Numbered from the stretch's first letter, positions 29,426 to 40,530 are shown. The stretch: 64,000 nt of DNA from an uncultured bacterium (GCA_964406105.1 CAYOQK010000024.1:27294-91293); one strand, 5' to 3'. The notes: generated by a model from the sequence alone, not told the origin. A program made the numbers and translations.

Positions 29426-30231
29426 CCCTTAATTGCTCCTCGGGTGATGCCTTCAATGAAGTAGCGTTGGGCGAACACAAAGAGCACCGCAATGGGCACC
29501 ACCGACAGGGTAGCGGCTGCCATTTCCAGGGTGTAGGCCTCTTGGTGTTGGCCCTTGAACATGGCCAGTCCTACGGGCAAGGTGTACATGCTCTGATCTT
29601 GGGCCACCACCAATTGCCAAAGGAAGTTGGCCCAGTGGAACTGGAAGTTCAGCAGGAACACCGTGGCGATGATGGGCAAGGCCAGGGGCACGATGACCCA
29701 TCCGAAGATGCGGAACTCGGAGGCCCCATCAATCCGGGCCGCCTCCAGCAGGGAATCGGGAATCTCCCGGATGAACTGGGTGAGCAGGAACAGTCCGAAC
29801 ACATTGGCCAAGTGAGGCACGATCATGCCCCAATAGGTGTTGATCCAACGGAGTTTGTAGACGATCAAGAACTGGGGCACAAGGTAGAGCAAACCGGGCA
29901 CCATCATAGAGGAAAGGAACACCACGAACAGGGTGCGACGCAGGGGGAACCGCCCCTTGGCAAAGGCATAGGCGGCCAAACTGGCGAAGAGGGTGGAAAA
30001 CAGGGCTGAAGCCGTGGCGATGATGAGGCTGTTCAGGAAGTACCGGCCAAAGTTGAACTGAAACAGCACCCGTCGGAAGTTTTCCAAGGTATAGGGAACC
30101 CGAAGGGAGAACACCAGGCCATACCCCTCTTGTTTGAAGGCAGTAAAAAGCATCCACAGGTACGGAAAGAGGAATACCAAGGCCAGGAGGGTGGTGGTAA
30201 AGTACAGCCAAAACCAGCGTTTTGCGCTCAT
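29422..30231 (-). CDS. carbohydrate ABC transporter permease (MalG-like)
   Basis: 269 aa, 6 TM. EAA-like loop (EAARIDGASEFRIFGWVIVPLALP). Confidence 0.85.
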   Translation of the reverse strand: MSAKRWFWLYFTTTLLALVFLFPYLWMLFTAFKQEGYGLVFSLRVPYTLENFRRVLFQFNFGRYFLNSLIIATASALFSTLFASLAAYAFAKGRFPLRRTLFVVFLSSMMVPGLLYLVPQFLIVYKLRWINTYWGMIVPHLANVFGLFLLTQFIREIPDSLLEAARIDGASEFRIFGWVIVPLALPIIATVFLLNFQFHWANFLWQLVVAQDQSMYTLPVGLAMFKGQHQEAYTLEMAAATLSVVPIAVLFVFAQRYFIEGITRGAIKG

Positions 30232-31133
30232 GCCTTCCTCCCAAAGAGCCTCATGCTTGCCAGGGAGATGCCCAAGGAGAGCAACAGCAGCACGAAGGAG
30301 GTGGCTGCCGCAATGCCGATCCTCATGTTGGAGAAGTGTTCAAATAGGTAGTAGCCGGCCACCTTGGTCGCTCCCACGGGTTTCCCCCACAGGAACAGGG
30401 TGGGTCCTCCACCGGTCATTGCGTAGAACTCTGCAAAGGCAGAAAGGGCCCCAATGATGCCCACCACCACCAGGAAGAGCATCACGGGCTTCAATTGTGG
30501 CAGGGTGACGAACCACAGTTTCTTCCACCCGGTGGCACCGTCAATATCGGCGGCTTCCAGTACCTCAGGGGGGATGTGGTCCAAGGCGGCGAGGAACAGG
30601 ACCATACCGAACCCGGCGTTCTTTAGGGTCATGGCCACCACCACACCAGGCATCGCCGTAGCGGGGTGGGCCAAAACACCGAAGTCCAAGGGCACCAGAT
30701 GAAGCCAGTGGAGCAATTGGGTGAGCACGCCGAACCGAGGCGCATAGAGGAAGGTCCACACGATCCCCACCACAAAGGCATCCAACACAAAGGGCAAGAA
30801 GAAGAGGGTGCGGTACACTCGGAACAGGGGACGGCGGGGCCGTACCAGAAGCGCCAAGCCCAGGGAAACGGCGATCCCCAGGGGAATGCTCAGCGCTCCA
30901 TAGTAAAAGCTTGCCAGTACGCCCCAGTAGAACTCGGGATCCTTGAGGATATAGGCATAGTTGGCCAGGCCAGCGAACTTTAGGCCACTGAGGATGTTCA
31001 AGAGGTTGGTGATCCGGTGAAAGGAAAGGTACAAGGCATACAGAAAGGGGAACCCCAGGAACACCAAGAACACGACGGTAAAGGGCAGGATGAACAGGAG
31101 GTATGTGGCCCGAGTTTTCCAGGTATCGGTCAT
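30228..31133 (-). CDS. carbohydrate ABC transporter permease (MalF-like)
   Basis: 301 aa, 6 TM. EAA motif EAADIDGATGWKKLWFVTLPQLKP. Confidence 0.85.
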   Translation of the reverse strand: MTDTWKTRATYLLFILPFTVVFLVFLGFPFLYALYLSFHRITNLLNILSGLKFAGLANYAYILKDPEFYWGVLASFYYGALSIPLGIAVSLGLALLVRPRRPLFRVYRTLFFLPFVLDAFVVGIVWTFLYAPRFGVLTQLLHWLHLVPLDFGVLAHPATAMPGVVVAMTLKNAGFGMVLFLAALDHIPPEVLEAADIDGATGWKKLWFVTLPQLKPVMLFLVVVGIIGALSAFAEFYAMTGGGPTLFLWGKPVGATKVAGYYLFEHFSNMRIGIAAATSFVLLLLSLGISLASMRLFGRKA

Positions 31134-31612
31134 GGCAGGTTTCGGATCCGCTCAATGATTTTACTGGTGGAGTATCCAGGCACTAAGGGCAGGAGTACCA
31201 CCCGTCCACCGTAGGCTTCCACCAGGTCCCGTCCCACCACGTCCTCCAGGCGGTAATCGGCCCCTTTGACCAGTACATCCGGCCGGAGTTTTTGGATGAG
31301 GGCATAGGGGGTATCCTCTTCAAAGGGCACCAGAAGGTCCACACTGCGTAGGGCATGTAGAAGGATCAGGCGGGCTTCCAAGGGATAGATGGGTCGGTGG
31401 GGGCCCTTCAAACGTCGCACCGAGGCATCGGTGTTCACGCCCACCACCAGGACGTCTCCCAGGGTGCGGGCCTCTTGCAGGTAGAGCACGTGGCCGGGGT
31501 GGAGCAGGTCAAACACCCCGTTGGTGAACACCACGGTTTTCCCTTGGTGTTGCCAGAGCCGAACCCTATGGGCGGCTTCCTCCGGGGACACTACGCGTTC
31601 CAAGGGTTTCAT
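31130..31612 (-). CDS. D-glycero-beta-D-manno-heptose 1-phosphate adenylyltransferase-like (RfaE domain II / cytidylyltransferase family)
   Basis: 160 aa. VFTNGVFDLLHPGHVLYLQEAR (HxGH nucleotidyltransferase motif). ATG at 31612 chosen; the ORF-track extension to 31846 is rejected. Confidence 0.75.
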   Translation of the reverse strand: MKPLERVVSPEEAAHRVRLWQHQGKTVVFTNGVFDLLHPGHVLYLQEARTLGDVLVVGVNTDASVRRLKGPHRPIYPLEARLILLHALRSVDLLVPFEEDTPYALIQKLRPDVLVKGADYRLEDVVGRDLVEAYGGRVVLLPLVPGYSTSKIIERIRNLP

Positions 31613-31748
31613 GGTTCTGTGGATTATATGCCCTGGTCCGATGGCTTGCGGCCTTAGAATTGCGGGTGTATCCTTGGATTCCGGCCCCCACGACTTAAAA
31701 GAAATCAGTAGTTCATAGAAGTCAGCAGAAAGGTACCGGAGGTTTGGG

Positions 31749-32396
31749 ATGTTCCAGCTGTTCAAGAAAACCAGGGAGCTTGAGAATAAGATAGACGCCT
31801 TTCTTGACACCATCCTCCAGGCGGCGCTTGAATACCGCGAGGGCATGAAATACTACTTGGCTGGAAAAATGGAGGACTTTGAAAAACGGGTGCAGGAGGT
31901 GGACCGCCTGGAGGGAAAGGCCGATGGCCTCCGCCGAGAGATTGAGAATACCATCTACGCCCAAATGCTTCTGCCAGAAGCCCGAGGCGACGTCCTCGCC
32001 CTCCTGGAAAACTCGGACGACGTGCTCAACGCCCTGGCCGATAGTTTGGTGGAGTTCTCTGTGGAGAAACCCGAAATCCTGCCGGAACACAAAGAGGATT
32101 GGCAAAACCTGGTGGAAGTCAGCCTGAAGGCAGTAGAGGAAATGGTGGCCGCTGTGCGTGCCTACTTCAAGGATATCGCCGCTGTCAAAAACCACATCGC
32201 CGGCATCATGTTCTACGAGAAGGAATCCGACAAGGTGGGCGAGAAACTCAAACGGCAGGTCTTCGGCCGCACAGACCTCCGCTTAAGCCACAAGATGCAC
32301 TTGAGGAACTTCGTGTCCTTCATCCAAGACTTGGCCGACCGCGCAGAGGACGTGGGCGACCGACTGTCCATCTACGTGATCAAGCGCCTGGTGTGA
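31749..32396 (+). CDS. DUF47 (PhoU-like, TIGR00153) family protein
   Basis: 215 aa. Helical, immediately upstream of and overlapping a PiT transporter gene, the conserved DUF47-PiT pair. Confidence 0.7.
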   Translation: MFQLFKKTRELENKIDAFLDTILQAALEYREGMKYYLAGKMEDFEKRVQEVDRLEGKADGLRREIENTIYAQMLLPEARGDVLALLENSDDVLNALADSLVEFSVEKPEILPEHKEDWQNLVEVSLKAVEEMVAAVRAYFKDIAAVKNHIAGIMFYEKESDKVGEKLKRQVFGRTDLRLSHKMHLRNFVSFIQDLADRAEDVGDRLSIYVIKRLV

Positions 32397-32397
32397 T

Positions 32398-33921
32398 ATG
32401 GTGTGGTTCTACCTGTCCAGTGGCCTCTTCTTAGGATGGTCCTTGGGGGCCAACGACGCCGCCAATGTCTTCGGTACCGCCGTGGCCACCCGGATGCTCC
32501 GTTTTACCCTGGCGGCCTCAGTGGCCGCCTTCTTTGTGATCCTCGGGGCTGTGATCAGTGGCGCCGGCCCGGCCCACACCTACAGCAAACTCGGCGCCGT
32601 CAATGCCCTGGGTGGTTCCTTTACCGTGGCCTTAGCCGCCGCCCTCACTGTGGCTTGGATGACCAAAACAGGACTGCCGGTGTCCACCACCCAGGCTATC
32701 GTGGGCGCCATCGTGGGCTGGGACCTCTTCGTCGGCCTGCCCATTGACCGACCTACGCTGACCAAGATCTTGGCCACCTGGGTGGCCTCACCTGTACTCA
32801 CCGCCCTGTTTGCTCTGCTGGGAGTGTACTTGGCCCGCGCCCTTATCTACCGCGTTCGCATCCACCTGTTGGACTTAGACCTCTACACGCGTATGGGGTT
32901 GCTCTTTATCGCCGCCTTTGGCGCCTACAGCCTGGGAGCCAACAACATCGCCAACGTCATGGGGGTGTTTGTGGGATCCAACCCCTTCCGCGACATCACG
33001 GCCTTCGGCGTACTCCACCTCAGCCGCACCCAGGTGCTGTTCCTCATCGGGGGGATCGCCATTGCCGTCGGTATCCTTACTTACTCCCACCGGGTCATCC
33101 GCACCGTGGGCAACGAGATCCTCAAACTCTCCCCCTTGGACGCCTGGATCGTGGTGGCCGCCGAGTCCCTGGTGCTCTTCATCTTCGCCTCCAGAAGCCT
33201 CCAGCACCTTCTGATGCAACTCCACCTGCCCACCCTTCCCTTGGTCCCGGTTTCCAGTTCCCAGGCCGTGGTGGGCGGGGTCATCGGCATCGGCCTGGCC
33301 AAGGGAGGGGGCAGAGCCCTCAACCTGGGGGTCATTCGTCGGATCGTTTGGGGATGGGTGATCACCCCTGTCACCGCAGGCCTGCTGTCCTTTTTTGGCC
33401 TGTTCTTCATGCAGAACGTGTTTCAGCAACAGGTGTATCGCCCGATGGTGTACACCGTGGATGCGGAGACCCTGGCGGAACTCCGGCGCTTGGGTATCCA
33501 AAGCCCCGTGCTGGACAGCCTCCGTGGGCACACCATCGTCGGGGCCCGCTCGTGGCAGCATCTTCTTAAGGAGGCCGGCCTCTCGGGCGACCAAATCCTT
33601 AAGGTGTTGGAGTACACCGAGGTGGACAGCTTGGTGATGGACTCGCTATTGGCTCAAGAGGCCCTGCCTCCCGATCTGTTTCCCCCTGCCTTCCTGCGTC
33701 CAGTAAAGGCCCTGCACGGCCAATTGTTCCTGCACCACTGGCAACTGGAACGGGCCCTGGCCCGCCTGAGCCCCGCTTGGCAATTCCGGCCTGCCACCTT
33801 GGAAAACCAGGAGTACAACAAGGCCCTCAGGGCGCGGTACCAGATCCTGTTTGACACCTTCCAGGTGGACCGGGTGCGGGAGTTTCGTCGGCGATTCGTG
33901 CTGCGATACCCCCGGATGTAG
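32398..33921 (+). CDS. inorganic phosphate transporter (PiT family) with C-terminal cytoplasmic extension
   Basis: 507 aa. GANDAANVFGTAV and second GANNIANVMGVFVG PiT signatures. About 165 extra C-terminal residues after the last TM. Confidence 0.85.
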   Translation: MVWFYLSSGLFLGWSLGANDAANVFGTAVATRMLRFTLAASVAAFFVILGAVISGAGPAHTYSKLGAVNALGGSFTVALAAALTVAWMTKTGLPVSTTQAIVGAIVGWDLFVGLPIDRPTLTKILATWVASPVLTALFALLGVYLARALIYRVRIHLLDLDLYTRMGLLFIAAFGAYSLGANNIANVMGVFVGSNPFRDITAFGVLHLSRTQVLFLIGGIAIAVGILTYSHRVIRTVGNEILKLSPLDAWIVVAAESLVLFIFASRSLQHLLMQLHLPTLPLVPVSSSQAVVGGVIGIGLAKGGGRALNLGVIRRIVWGWVITPVTAGLLSFFGLFFMQNVFQQQVYRPMVYTVDAETLAELRRLGIQSPVLDSLRGHTIVGARSWQHLLKEAGLSGDQILKVLEYTEVDSLVMDSLLAQEALPPDLFPPAFLRPVKALHGQLFLHHWQLERALARLSPAWQFRPATLENQEYNKALRARYQILFDTFQVDRVREFRRRFVLRYPRM

Positions 33922-33945
33922 CCCCATCGGTATAATTTCCCATCC

Positions 33946-34926
33946 ATGAAGAAACGCTTTGAGCGGGTGGTGTCTGAAAAGAACGCCCGAATGCGGCTGG
34001 ACCAGTATTTGGTGATCTCTGGCATCGGACTCACCCGGAGCCAGGTGGAGCACCTGATCAAAGAAGGGCAGGTGTGGGTCAATGGCGAACCCGCACCCAA
34101 GCCGGGGTACCGGGTAAAGGCCGGTGATCACATCGTGGCCGAGTTTGAGGTCCGCGATAAGTTGGAGATCGTGCCCCAGGAAATCCCGGTCCCCATCCTG
34201 TACGAGGACGAGGATGTCGTCGTGATCAACAAACCCGCTGGCATGGTGGTCCATCCCGCCAAGGGCAACCTGGAGGGCACCCTGATCAATGCCCTCTTGG
34301 CACGATACCCAGCCTTGCCCACCACCTCAGACAAAACCCGGCCGGGGGTGGTCCACCGGTTGGACAAGGAGACCTCTGGGGTGATGGTGGTGGCCAAGTC
34401 GGACCGGGCGGTGCGCAGTTTGGCCCGGCAAATGGCCGAAAAGGTGGCCCGACGGGAGTACCTGGCGGTGGTGTGGGGCGTGCTGGAACGCAACGAGGGC
34501 GTGATTGAGGCTCCCATTGGCCGGCATCCCATTGACCGGAAACGCATGGCGGTAACTCCCTTCGCCTCCAAACCGGCGATCACGGAGTATCGGGTGCTCC
34601 GACGGTTCGGCGAGCTGGCCACCGAGGTGCAGGTGTCCTTAAAAACAGGTCGCACCCACCAGATCCGCGTGCACTTTGAGTACTTAGGGCATCCGGTGGT
34701 GGGAGACCCCACCTACGGGGGACGGGATCCTCGCAAGATCTTTCACCGGGTCCCCTCCCGATACCGGGAACAGGTCAAAGAGATCCTGGCCCTGCTTTCC
34801 CGCCAGGCCCTGCATGCCTGGCGGCTCAGGTTCCGACATCCTCGCGATGGCTCTTGGGTGGAACTTGAGGCTCCCCTCCCCGAGGACCTGCGGCGTTTAC
34901 TTGACTATCTTGGTCGGGTGACGTAA
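33946..34926 (+). CDS. rluD: 23S rRNA pseudouridine synthase, RluD/RluA family
   Basis: 326 aa. S4 domain N-terminus (RLDQYLV), catalytic HRLDKETSGVMVVAKS. Confidence 0.85.
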   Translation: MKKRFERVVSEKNARMRLDQYLVISGIGLTRSQVEHLIKEGQVWVNGEPAPKPGYRVKAGDHIVAEFEVRDKLEIVPQEIPVPILYEDEDVVVINKPAGMVVHPAKGNLEGTLINALLARYPALPTTSDKTRPGVVHRLDKETSGVMVVAKSDRAVRSLARQMAEKVARREYLAVVWGVLERNEGVIEAPIGRHPIDRKRMAVTPFASKPAITEYRVLRRFGELATEVQVSLKTGRTHQIRVHFEYLGHPVVGDPTYGGRDPRKIFHRVPSRYREQVKEILALLSRQALHAWRLRFRHPRDGSWVELEAPLPEDLRRLLDYLGRVT

Positions 34927-34989
34927 TTTATGGGCTGCCAAGTGCCGAAACTGCCCGATTTTTCGGGATTCTTTGGGCCCCCAGGCCCC

Positions 34990-35019
34990 TTGACACCCTG
35001 TCGGACACCAAGGTATAAT
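34990..35019 (+). promoter_or_regulatory. sigma70-type promoter TTGACA-N18-TATAAT upstream of the TPR gene
   Basis: Seen in sequence: TTGACA 34990-34995, TATAAT 35014-35019, AGGTGA RBS, ATG at 35036. Confidence 0.6.
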
Positions 35020-35035
35020 TGGGACAGGTGAAAAA

Positions 35036-35725
35036 ATGGCACACTTAACGAAACAGGAACTGCGAAAGGATCCGATCCGCGACTTCCTGATGCGGATCCT
35101 GGGGTACTTCACGGAAAAACCAGAGCGTGCGTACTGGGCGCTCGGGGCTCTGCTCGTGCTGGCGGTGATCGTTGCGTTCCAGGCCATGAACCGTCCGAAA
35201 CCGAACCCCCAAACCCAGGTGGCGTATCTGCAGGCGGTCACCCTATTGGCCACAGGGGACACGACCAACGCTCTCCCCATCCTCCGCAATCTCGCGGAAC
35301 AGCACCTCAACACCCCTGAGGGCAAGGCCGCTCTGTACTACCTGGGCACCCACTACCTCAACTTCGGTGATCGGGAAAAGGCGCGCACCTACCTGGAGCA
35401 GTTCGTGAATGCCAAACCCAAGGACCCCTATCTCAAGGGGTTTGCGCTGAGCAAACTGGGCGATATTGCCCTGGACGAGGGCGATCCCGCCCAGGCCCTC
35501 ACCTACTACCAAGAGGCCGAGAAACTGGTGGACTTCCAGTCTTTTCGCACGCTTCTGACCCTGAAGAAGGCCACAGCCTTGAAACTCCAAGGCCGCTACC
35601 AAGAGGCCCTGAGCCTACTGCAGGAGTACCGAAAGGCCCACTCCCGCAACCTGGGGGGCTTTGCCCGCTCCCTGCGGGAGATGGAACGGGAACTGCAGGG
35701 CCTCCTGTTGGCCCAAGGAGCCTAA
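35036..35725 (+). CDS. TPR-repeat protein with N-terminal membrane anchor
   Basis: 229 aa. TM WALGALLVLAVIVAF followed by TPR-like helices (AALYYLGTHYLNFGDREKARTYLEQ...). Confidence 0.6.
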   Translation: MAHLTKQELRKDPIRDFLMRILGYFTEKPERAYWALGALLVLAVIVAFQAMNRPKPNPQTQVAYLQAVTLLATGDTTNALPILRNLAEQHLNTPEGKAALYYLGTHYLNFGDREKARTYLEQFVNAKPKDPYLKGFALSKLGDIALDEGDPAQALTYYQEAEKLVDFQSFRTLLTLKKATALKLQGRYQEALSLLQEYRKAHSRNLGGFARSLREMERELQGLLLAQGA

Positions 35726-35749
35726 ACCGCACGGAGGGAGGCGAGATCT

Positions 35750-38200
35750 GTGTACTTTAACGAACGCTTCACGGAGCGAGCCAAGCGGGTGCTGTTCTTG
35801 GCCCGCGAAGAGGCTCTCCGTTTGTCCCACAACTTCGTGGGCACCGAGCATATTCTCTTAGGGCTGGCCCGCATCGGCGAAGGTGTGGCCGCCAATGTCC
35901 TGTCCAACCTGGGGTTGGATCTCAACGAACTCCGACAGGCGGTGGAGGAAATGGTGCCGCCCGGCAAGCACCGGGTGCCCCCCACCGACCTGCCGCTCAA
36001 CCCCTCGGCCCGCCGGGCCCTCCACTTTGCGATGGAGGAATCCCGACGGCTGAACCACAACTACATCGGCACCGAACACCTGCTGCTGGGCCTGCTCCGA
36101 GAGCGCAAGGGCATGGCCGCCCAAATCCTGGCGGCCCTCGGCATGGACATTGATGTCATCATGGAAGAAACCCTGCGCGCCATCGGGGCCCGAGAGCCCG
36201 GTGAGCAGGGGTCCGGCCGGTCTAAAAAGAACGTACGCACCTTGGAGCGGTTCTCCACCGATCTCACCGCCCTGGCCCGCGAGGGCAAGCTGGATCCCGT
36301 GATCGGACGCGAGAAGGAAATTGAACGGATGATTGAGATCCTCTCTCGCCGCAAAAAGAACAACCCCGTGCTCATCGGTGAACCAGGGGTGGGGAAAACC
36401 GCCATCGTGGAGGGGTTAGCCCAGCGGATCGTGGAGGGCAAGGTGCCCGAGGTGCTGATGGATAAGCGCATCCTGGCCCTGGACCTGGCAGCCATCGTCG
36501 CTGGTACCAAGTACCGGGGCCAATTTGAAGAACGGCTGAAGGCCATTGTGAATGAGGCCGCTGAGGCTCCTGAGGTGATCCTCTTCATTGACGAGTTACA
36601 CACTGTGGTGGGCGCAGGCGCCGCCGAGGGCGCCATTGACGCCTCAAATATCCTGAAACCCGCCCTGGCCCGGGGGCTGATCCGCGTGATCGGTGCCACC
36701 ACCCTGGAGGAGTACCGCAAGTACATTGAAAAGGATGGCGCCTTGGAACGCCGGTTCCAGCCCATCATCGTGGAGCCCCCCACGGTCCAGGAGACCATTG
36801 AGATCCTCAAAGGGCTCAAGAGCAAGTACGAGAGCTTCCACGGGGTCCGCTATACCGAGGAGGCCATTGAGGCCGCAGCCAAACTCTCAGACCGGTACAT
36901 CCAGGACCGCCAACTGCCCGATAAGGCCATTGACGTGTTAGACGAGGCGGGAGCCAAGGTGAAACTCTCCTCTCGGGCCACCGACGAGGTTTTGGAACGG
37001 TACAAACGGGAACTGGAATCCATCCGAGCCCTGAAACAGGAGGCCATTCAGAGTCAACGGTTTGAACAGGCTGCCAAACTGCGCGACCGGGAGCAGGAAC
37101 TGGAGCACCGCATCGCCGAAAAGAAACGCCGGCTGCTGGCAGAGAGCGAGGCCCTTCAGGTCACGGCTGAGCACGTGGCCCAGGTGGTGTCTCGGTGGAC
37201 CGGGATCCCTCTGGTGCGGGTGGGTGAAAACGAACAGGCCCGTCTGATCCACATGGAAGAGGAACTCAAAAAACGGATCGTGGGCCAGGACGAGGCCATC
37301 CAAGCCCTGGCCCGGGCAATCCGCCGATCCCGGGCAGGCATCAAAGATCCCCGCCGGCCCATTGGCTCCTTCATCTTCCTGGGCCCCACCGGCGTGGGGA
37401 AAACCGAAACGGCCAAGGCACTGGCCGAGTTCCTGTTCGGCGACGAGGAAGCCCTCATTGAACTGGATATGTCCGAGTACATGGAACGGTTCAACGTCTC
37501 GCGCCTCATCGGTGCACCCCCAGGCTACGTAGGCTATGAGGAGGGCGGTCAACTCACCGAACGGGTACGCCGAAAGCCCTACTCCGTGGTGCTCTTTGAT
37601 GAGTTTGAAAAGGCCCACCCCGACGTGTTCCACATCCTGCTACAGATCCTGGAAGAGGGCATCCTCACCGACTCCTACGGCCGCAAGGTGAGCTTCCGGA
37701 ACACGGTGATCATCCTCACCTCCAATATCGGCACCCGACAGATCAAGAAAACCCAATCCCTGGGCTTCAAGACCTCGGACCAGGAACTGGATTTCCACCA
37801 GATTCAGGCCTTGCTCAAGGGCGAACTCAAGAAAATCGTGCCCCCGGAGTTCCTGAACCGCATTGATGAGATCATCATCTTCCGGCCCCTGGAACTCGCG
37901 GACATTGAAAAGATCGTGGACATCCTGGTGGGAGACCTGCAAAAGCGCCTGTACGATCGGAACATCACCATCCGACTGACCCCCGAAGCTCGCCGGTTCC
38001 TGGCCGAGAAGGGATACGACCCTGAGTTCGGTGCCCGTCCCCTGCGGCGGGTGATCCGGAAGTACATTGAAGAGCCTCTTTCCGAAGCCCTCCTGAAGGG
38101 CGAGATTAAAGAAGGCAACCGAGTGGTGGTGGCCCGCCACGACGGCGACCTCAAACTGGAGGTGGAAGACCTGCTGGCGGAAACCACAGGAGGGCTGTAG
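35750..38200 (+). CDS. clpC: ATP-dependent Clp protease ATP-binding subunit ClpC
   Basis: 816 aa, GTG start. Two Clp-N repeats, Walker A GEPGVGKT and [11 protein letters not shown]-like linker ([17 protein letters not shown]), ClpB/C signature motifs. Confidence 0.9.
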   Translation: MYFNERFTERAKRVLFLAREEALRLSHNFVGTEHILLGLARIGEGVAANVLSNLGLDLNELRQAVEEMVPPGKHRVPPTDLPLNPSARRALHFAMEESRRLNHNYIGTEHLLLGLLRERKGMAAQILAALGMDIDVIMEETLRAIGAREPGEQGSGRSKKNVRTLERFSTDLTALAREGKLDPVIGREKEIERMIEILSRRKKNNPVLIGEPGVGKTAIVEGLAQRIVEGKVPEVLMDKRILALDLAAIVAGTKYRGQFEERLKAIVNEAAEAPEVILFIDELHTVVGAGAAEGAIDASNILKPALARGLIRVIGATTLEEYRKYIEKDGALERRFQPIIVEPPTVQETIEILKGLKSKYESFHGVRYTEEAIEAAAKLSDRYIQDRQLPDKAIDVLDEAGAKVKLSSRATDEVLERYKRELESIRALKQEAIQSQRFEQAAKLRDREQELEHRIAEKKRRLLAESEALQVTAEHVAQVVSRWTGIPLVRVGENEQARLIHMEEELKKRIVGQDEAIQALARAIRRSRAGIKDPRRPIGSFIFLGPTGVGKTETAKALAEFLFGDEEALIELDMSEYMERFNVSRLIGAPPGYVGYEEGGQLTERVRRKPYSVVLFDEFEKAHPDVFHILLQILEEGILTDSYGRKVSFRNTVIILTSNIGTRQIKKTQSLGFKTSDQELDFHQIQALLKGELKKIVPPEFLNRIDEIIIFRPLELADIEKIVDILVGDLQKRLYDRNITIRLTPEARRFLAEKGYDPEFGARPLRRVIRKYIEEPLSEALLKGEIKEGNRVVVARHDGDLKLEVEDLLAETTGGL

Positions 38201-38239
38201 GGGAATCCCTCCGTTGCCCCAAACCATCAGGACACAACC

Positions 38240-40510
38240 ATGATGAACACACTGGTGTGGGCAGGACTCCTGCTTTTTGGCTTCACCGCCCGATCGGTCA
38301 CCGTGGAAGGACTCCGATGGAACACCCAGGAGGGTGTGATCCACCGCTTCGGCATCACCCCCGGTACCTCCTTTGACCTGGAAACCGTGCGGGAAGGGCT
38401 GAAACGGCTGTATCGGTCGGGCCTGTTCCAAGACCTGGCTGTGACCGTTCACATCACCCCTTCGGGCGAGGCCCAGGTGGTGCTCCACGTGAAGGAGAAT
38501 CCCCGGCTGCGCACCCTAAAGTTTGAGGGAAACCGTGCGATCTCCAGCAAAACCCTCCGCGACACCCTCAAGGCCCGCCGAGGGATGTACCTGAGCTATT
38601 CACGCGTGTTCCGCTGGACCCGAACCCTGGAATCGCTGTACCACGCCCGGGGATACGTGCGTGTGAACATCACCCCGGAGATCACCCCGCCCGATTCCCA
38701 GGGCTTTGCCGATCTCATCTTCCATATAGAAGAGGGGCACGTGTACCCCATCCGCCGCATTGAAATCGTAGGGAACCACCACTTCCCGGATGAGGTACTG
38801 GAGGTGCGGCTGAAGAACCGGGAGAAACGCTGGTACCGAAAGGCTCGGTTTCTGCCCGAGGAGTGGCCCCGCGACCTGGAGCGCATCGTGGAGTTCTACC
38901 AAGAGCACGGGTTTCCCAATGCCCGGGTGGACTCCACCCACTTTGAATACCGGGAGGACGGCCTGTACATCACGGTGTACATCACCGAAGGGCAACGGTT
39001 CTGGTTCGGCAACACCGACTTTGTTGGCAACCGACTGTTTTCCACCGAGTTCCTGAAGAGCCATGTGGATCTGCGGCGCGACCGCCCACCCCTCGCCGAG
39101 GTCCTTAAAAAGTTGATCGGCAAAAGCACGTACACCCCCGGCGTATACCGCAAGGATCGCTTGCAGGAGGCCATCGCCACCATTGCAGGCTTTTACGGCG
39201 ACTCCGGATACATCTACGTTCAAGTGCTACCCGAGGAGCGGCTTCGTCAAGACACCCTCATTGACGTGGTGTTTCACATCACCGAGGGCGAACGCGTAAA
39301 GGTGCGGAAGATCAACATCGTGGGCAACACGAAAACCTACGAAAGCGTGATCCGCCGAGAGATTGACCTGATGCCCAACCGCTACTTCTCCCGGTACCTT
39401 GCGGTGAAGAGCCAGCGCGATCTCTTTTACCTGAACTACTTTGAAAACGTGCTCCTCAACTTTGCCCCCACCGAAGACTCGGGCTTCGTGGATGTGGTGT
39501 TTGAAGTGAAGGAAAAACCCACGGGTCAAATGGGCATCGGTGCCAGCTACTCCGCCACCTACGGGCCTTCGCTCTACTTGAACCTCCAAAACCCGAACTT
39601 CCTGGGCCGGGGACAGCAGATCAATGCCTTGGTGGAATACGGATCCCGGCGACGCAACGTTCAGTTGGGGTTTACCGAGCCTTACCTGTTCGGCAAACCG
39701 CGCTCCCTGGGCCTGGAAGGGCACGACCTCACCACCTACCTGCCGGAATACAGCACCCGGCGCATTGGCGGATCCATCACCTACGGTCAACGACTCTGGA
39801 ACGACTACTGGCGCGGCACCGTGGGGTATCAGTTGGAAATGATCCGGGTGTTCAACATCGCCGACACCCTGCGGAACCTTCCGTCGCTCCGAGAATGGGT
39901 GGAGGACGAGTACCGCTGGACCTCTAAGATCTCCCTGGGGATCCGGTACGACTCCCGGAACCGGATCTTTAATGCCACCGAAGGACTCCAGGCCTCCTAT
40001 CATCTGGACTTTGCCGGAGGCCCACTCCTGGGTGATGTGCACTATCACAAACACCTGGCCACTCTCTCCCTTTACGGCAATGTGCAACAAAAGTACATCG
40101 GGATGGCCATGATCCGACTGGGCTACTTGGGAGGCCTTCGGAAACTCTCGGATGTTCCCTTCTACGAGCGCTTTTACCTGGGGGACATCGGCCCCTATGG
40201 CCTGCGAGGCTTCTCCTGGCGAAGCATCACCCCTGTGGAAACCCCAGCCGATGTGGGAGGCCGGGTGTTTGGCATCCTCACCCTGGAGGCCCGGTACCGG
40301 GTGTCCGAAACCATGTACCTGCTGACCTTCCTGGATGTGGGCAATACCTGGGAGAACATCTCCTACTTTGACCTTTGGCGGCTGAAGAAGGGCATCGGCG
40401 TAGGGATCCGCATGGAGGTCCCCATGATGGGGGTGGTGGGCTTTGACTTGGCCTACAGCATCAACGATCGGAAATGGATGCCCCACGTGCAGTTTGGCAC
40501 GGGGTTTTAA
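38240..40510 (+). CDS. bamA: outer membrane protein assembly factor BamA
   Basis: 756 aa. Signal peptide, POTRA repeats, Omp85 barrel ending VQFGTGF. Confidence 0.88.
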   Translation: MMNTLVWAGLLLFGFTARSVTVEGLRWNTQEGVIHRFGITPGTSFDLETVREGLKRLYRSGLFQDLAVTVHITPSGEAQVVLHVKENPRLRTLKFEGNRAISSKTLRDTLKARRGMYLSYSRVFRWTRTLESLYHARGYVRVNITPEITPPDSQGFADLIFHIEEGHVYPIRRIEIVGNHHFPDEVLEVRLKNREKRWYRKARFLPEEWPRDLERIVEFYQEHGFPNARVDSTHFEYREDGLYITVYITEGQRFWFGNTDFVGNRLFSTEFLKSHVDLRRDRPPLAEVLKKLIGKSTYTPGVYRKDRLQEAIATIAGFYGDSGYIYVQVLPEERLRQDTLIDVVFHITEGERVKVRKINIVGNTKTYESVIRREIDLMPNRYFSRYLAVKSQRDLFYLNYFENVLLNFAPTEDSGFVDVVFEVKEKPTGQMGIGASYSATYGPSLYLNLQNPNFLGRGQQINALVEYGSRRRNVQLGFTEPYLFGKPRSLGLEGHDLTTYLPEYSTRRIGGSITYGQRLWNDYWRGTVGYQLEMIRVFNIADTLRNLPSLREWVEDEYRWTSKISLGIRYDSRNRIFNATEGLQASYHLDFAGGPLLGDVHYHKHLATLSLYGNVQQKYIGMAMIRLGYLGGLRKLSDVPFYERFYLGDIGPYGLRGFSWRSITPVETPADVGGRVFGILTLEARYRVSETMYLLTFLDVGNTWENISYFDLWRLKKGIGVGIRMEVPMMGVVGFDLAYSINDRKWMPHVQFGTGF

Positions 40511-40530
40511 CCAAAAGGAGGTGTTGGGAC

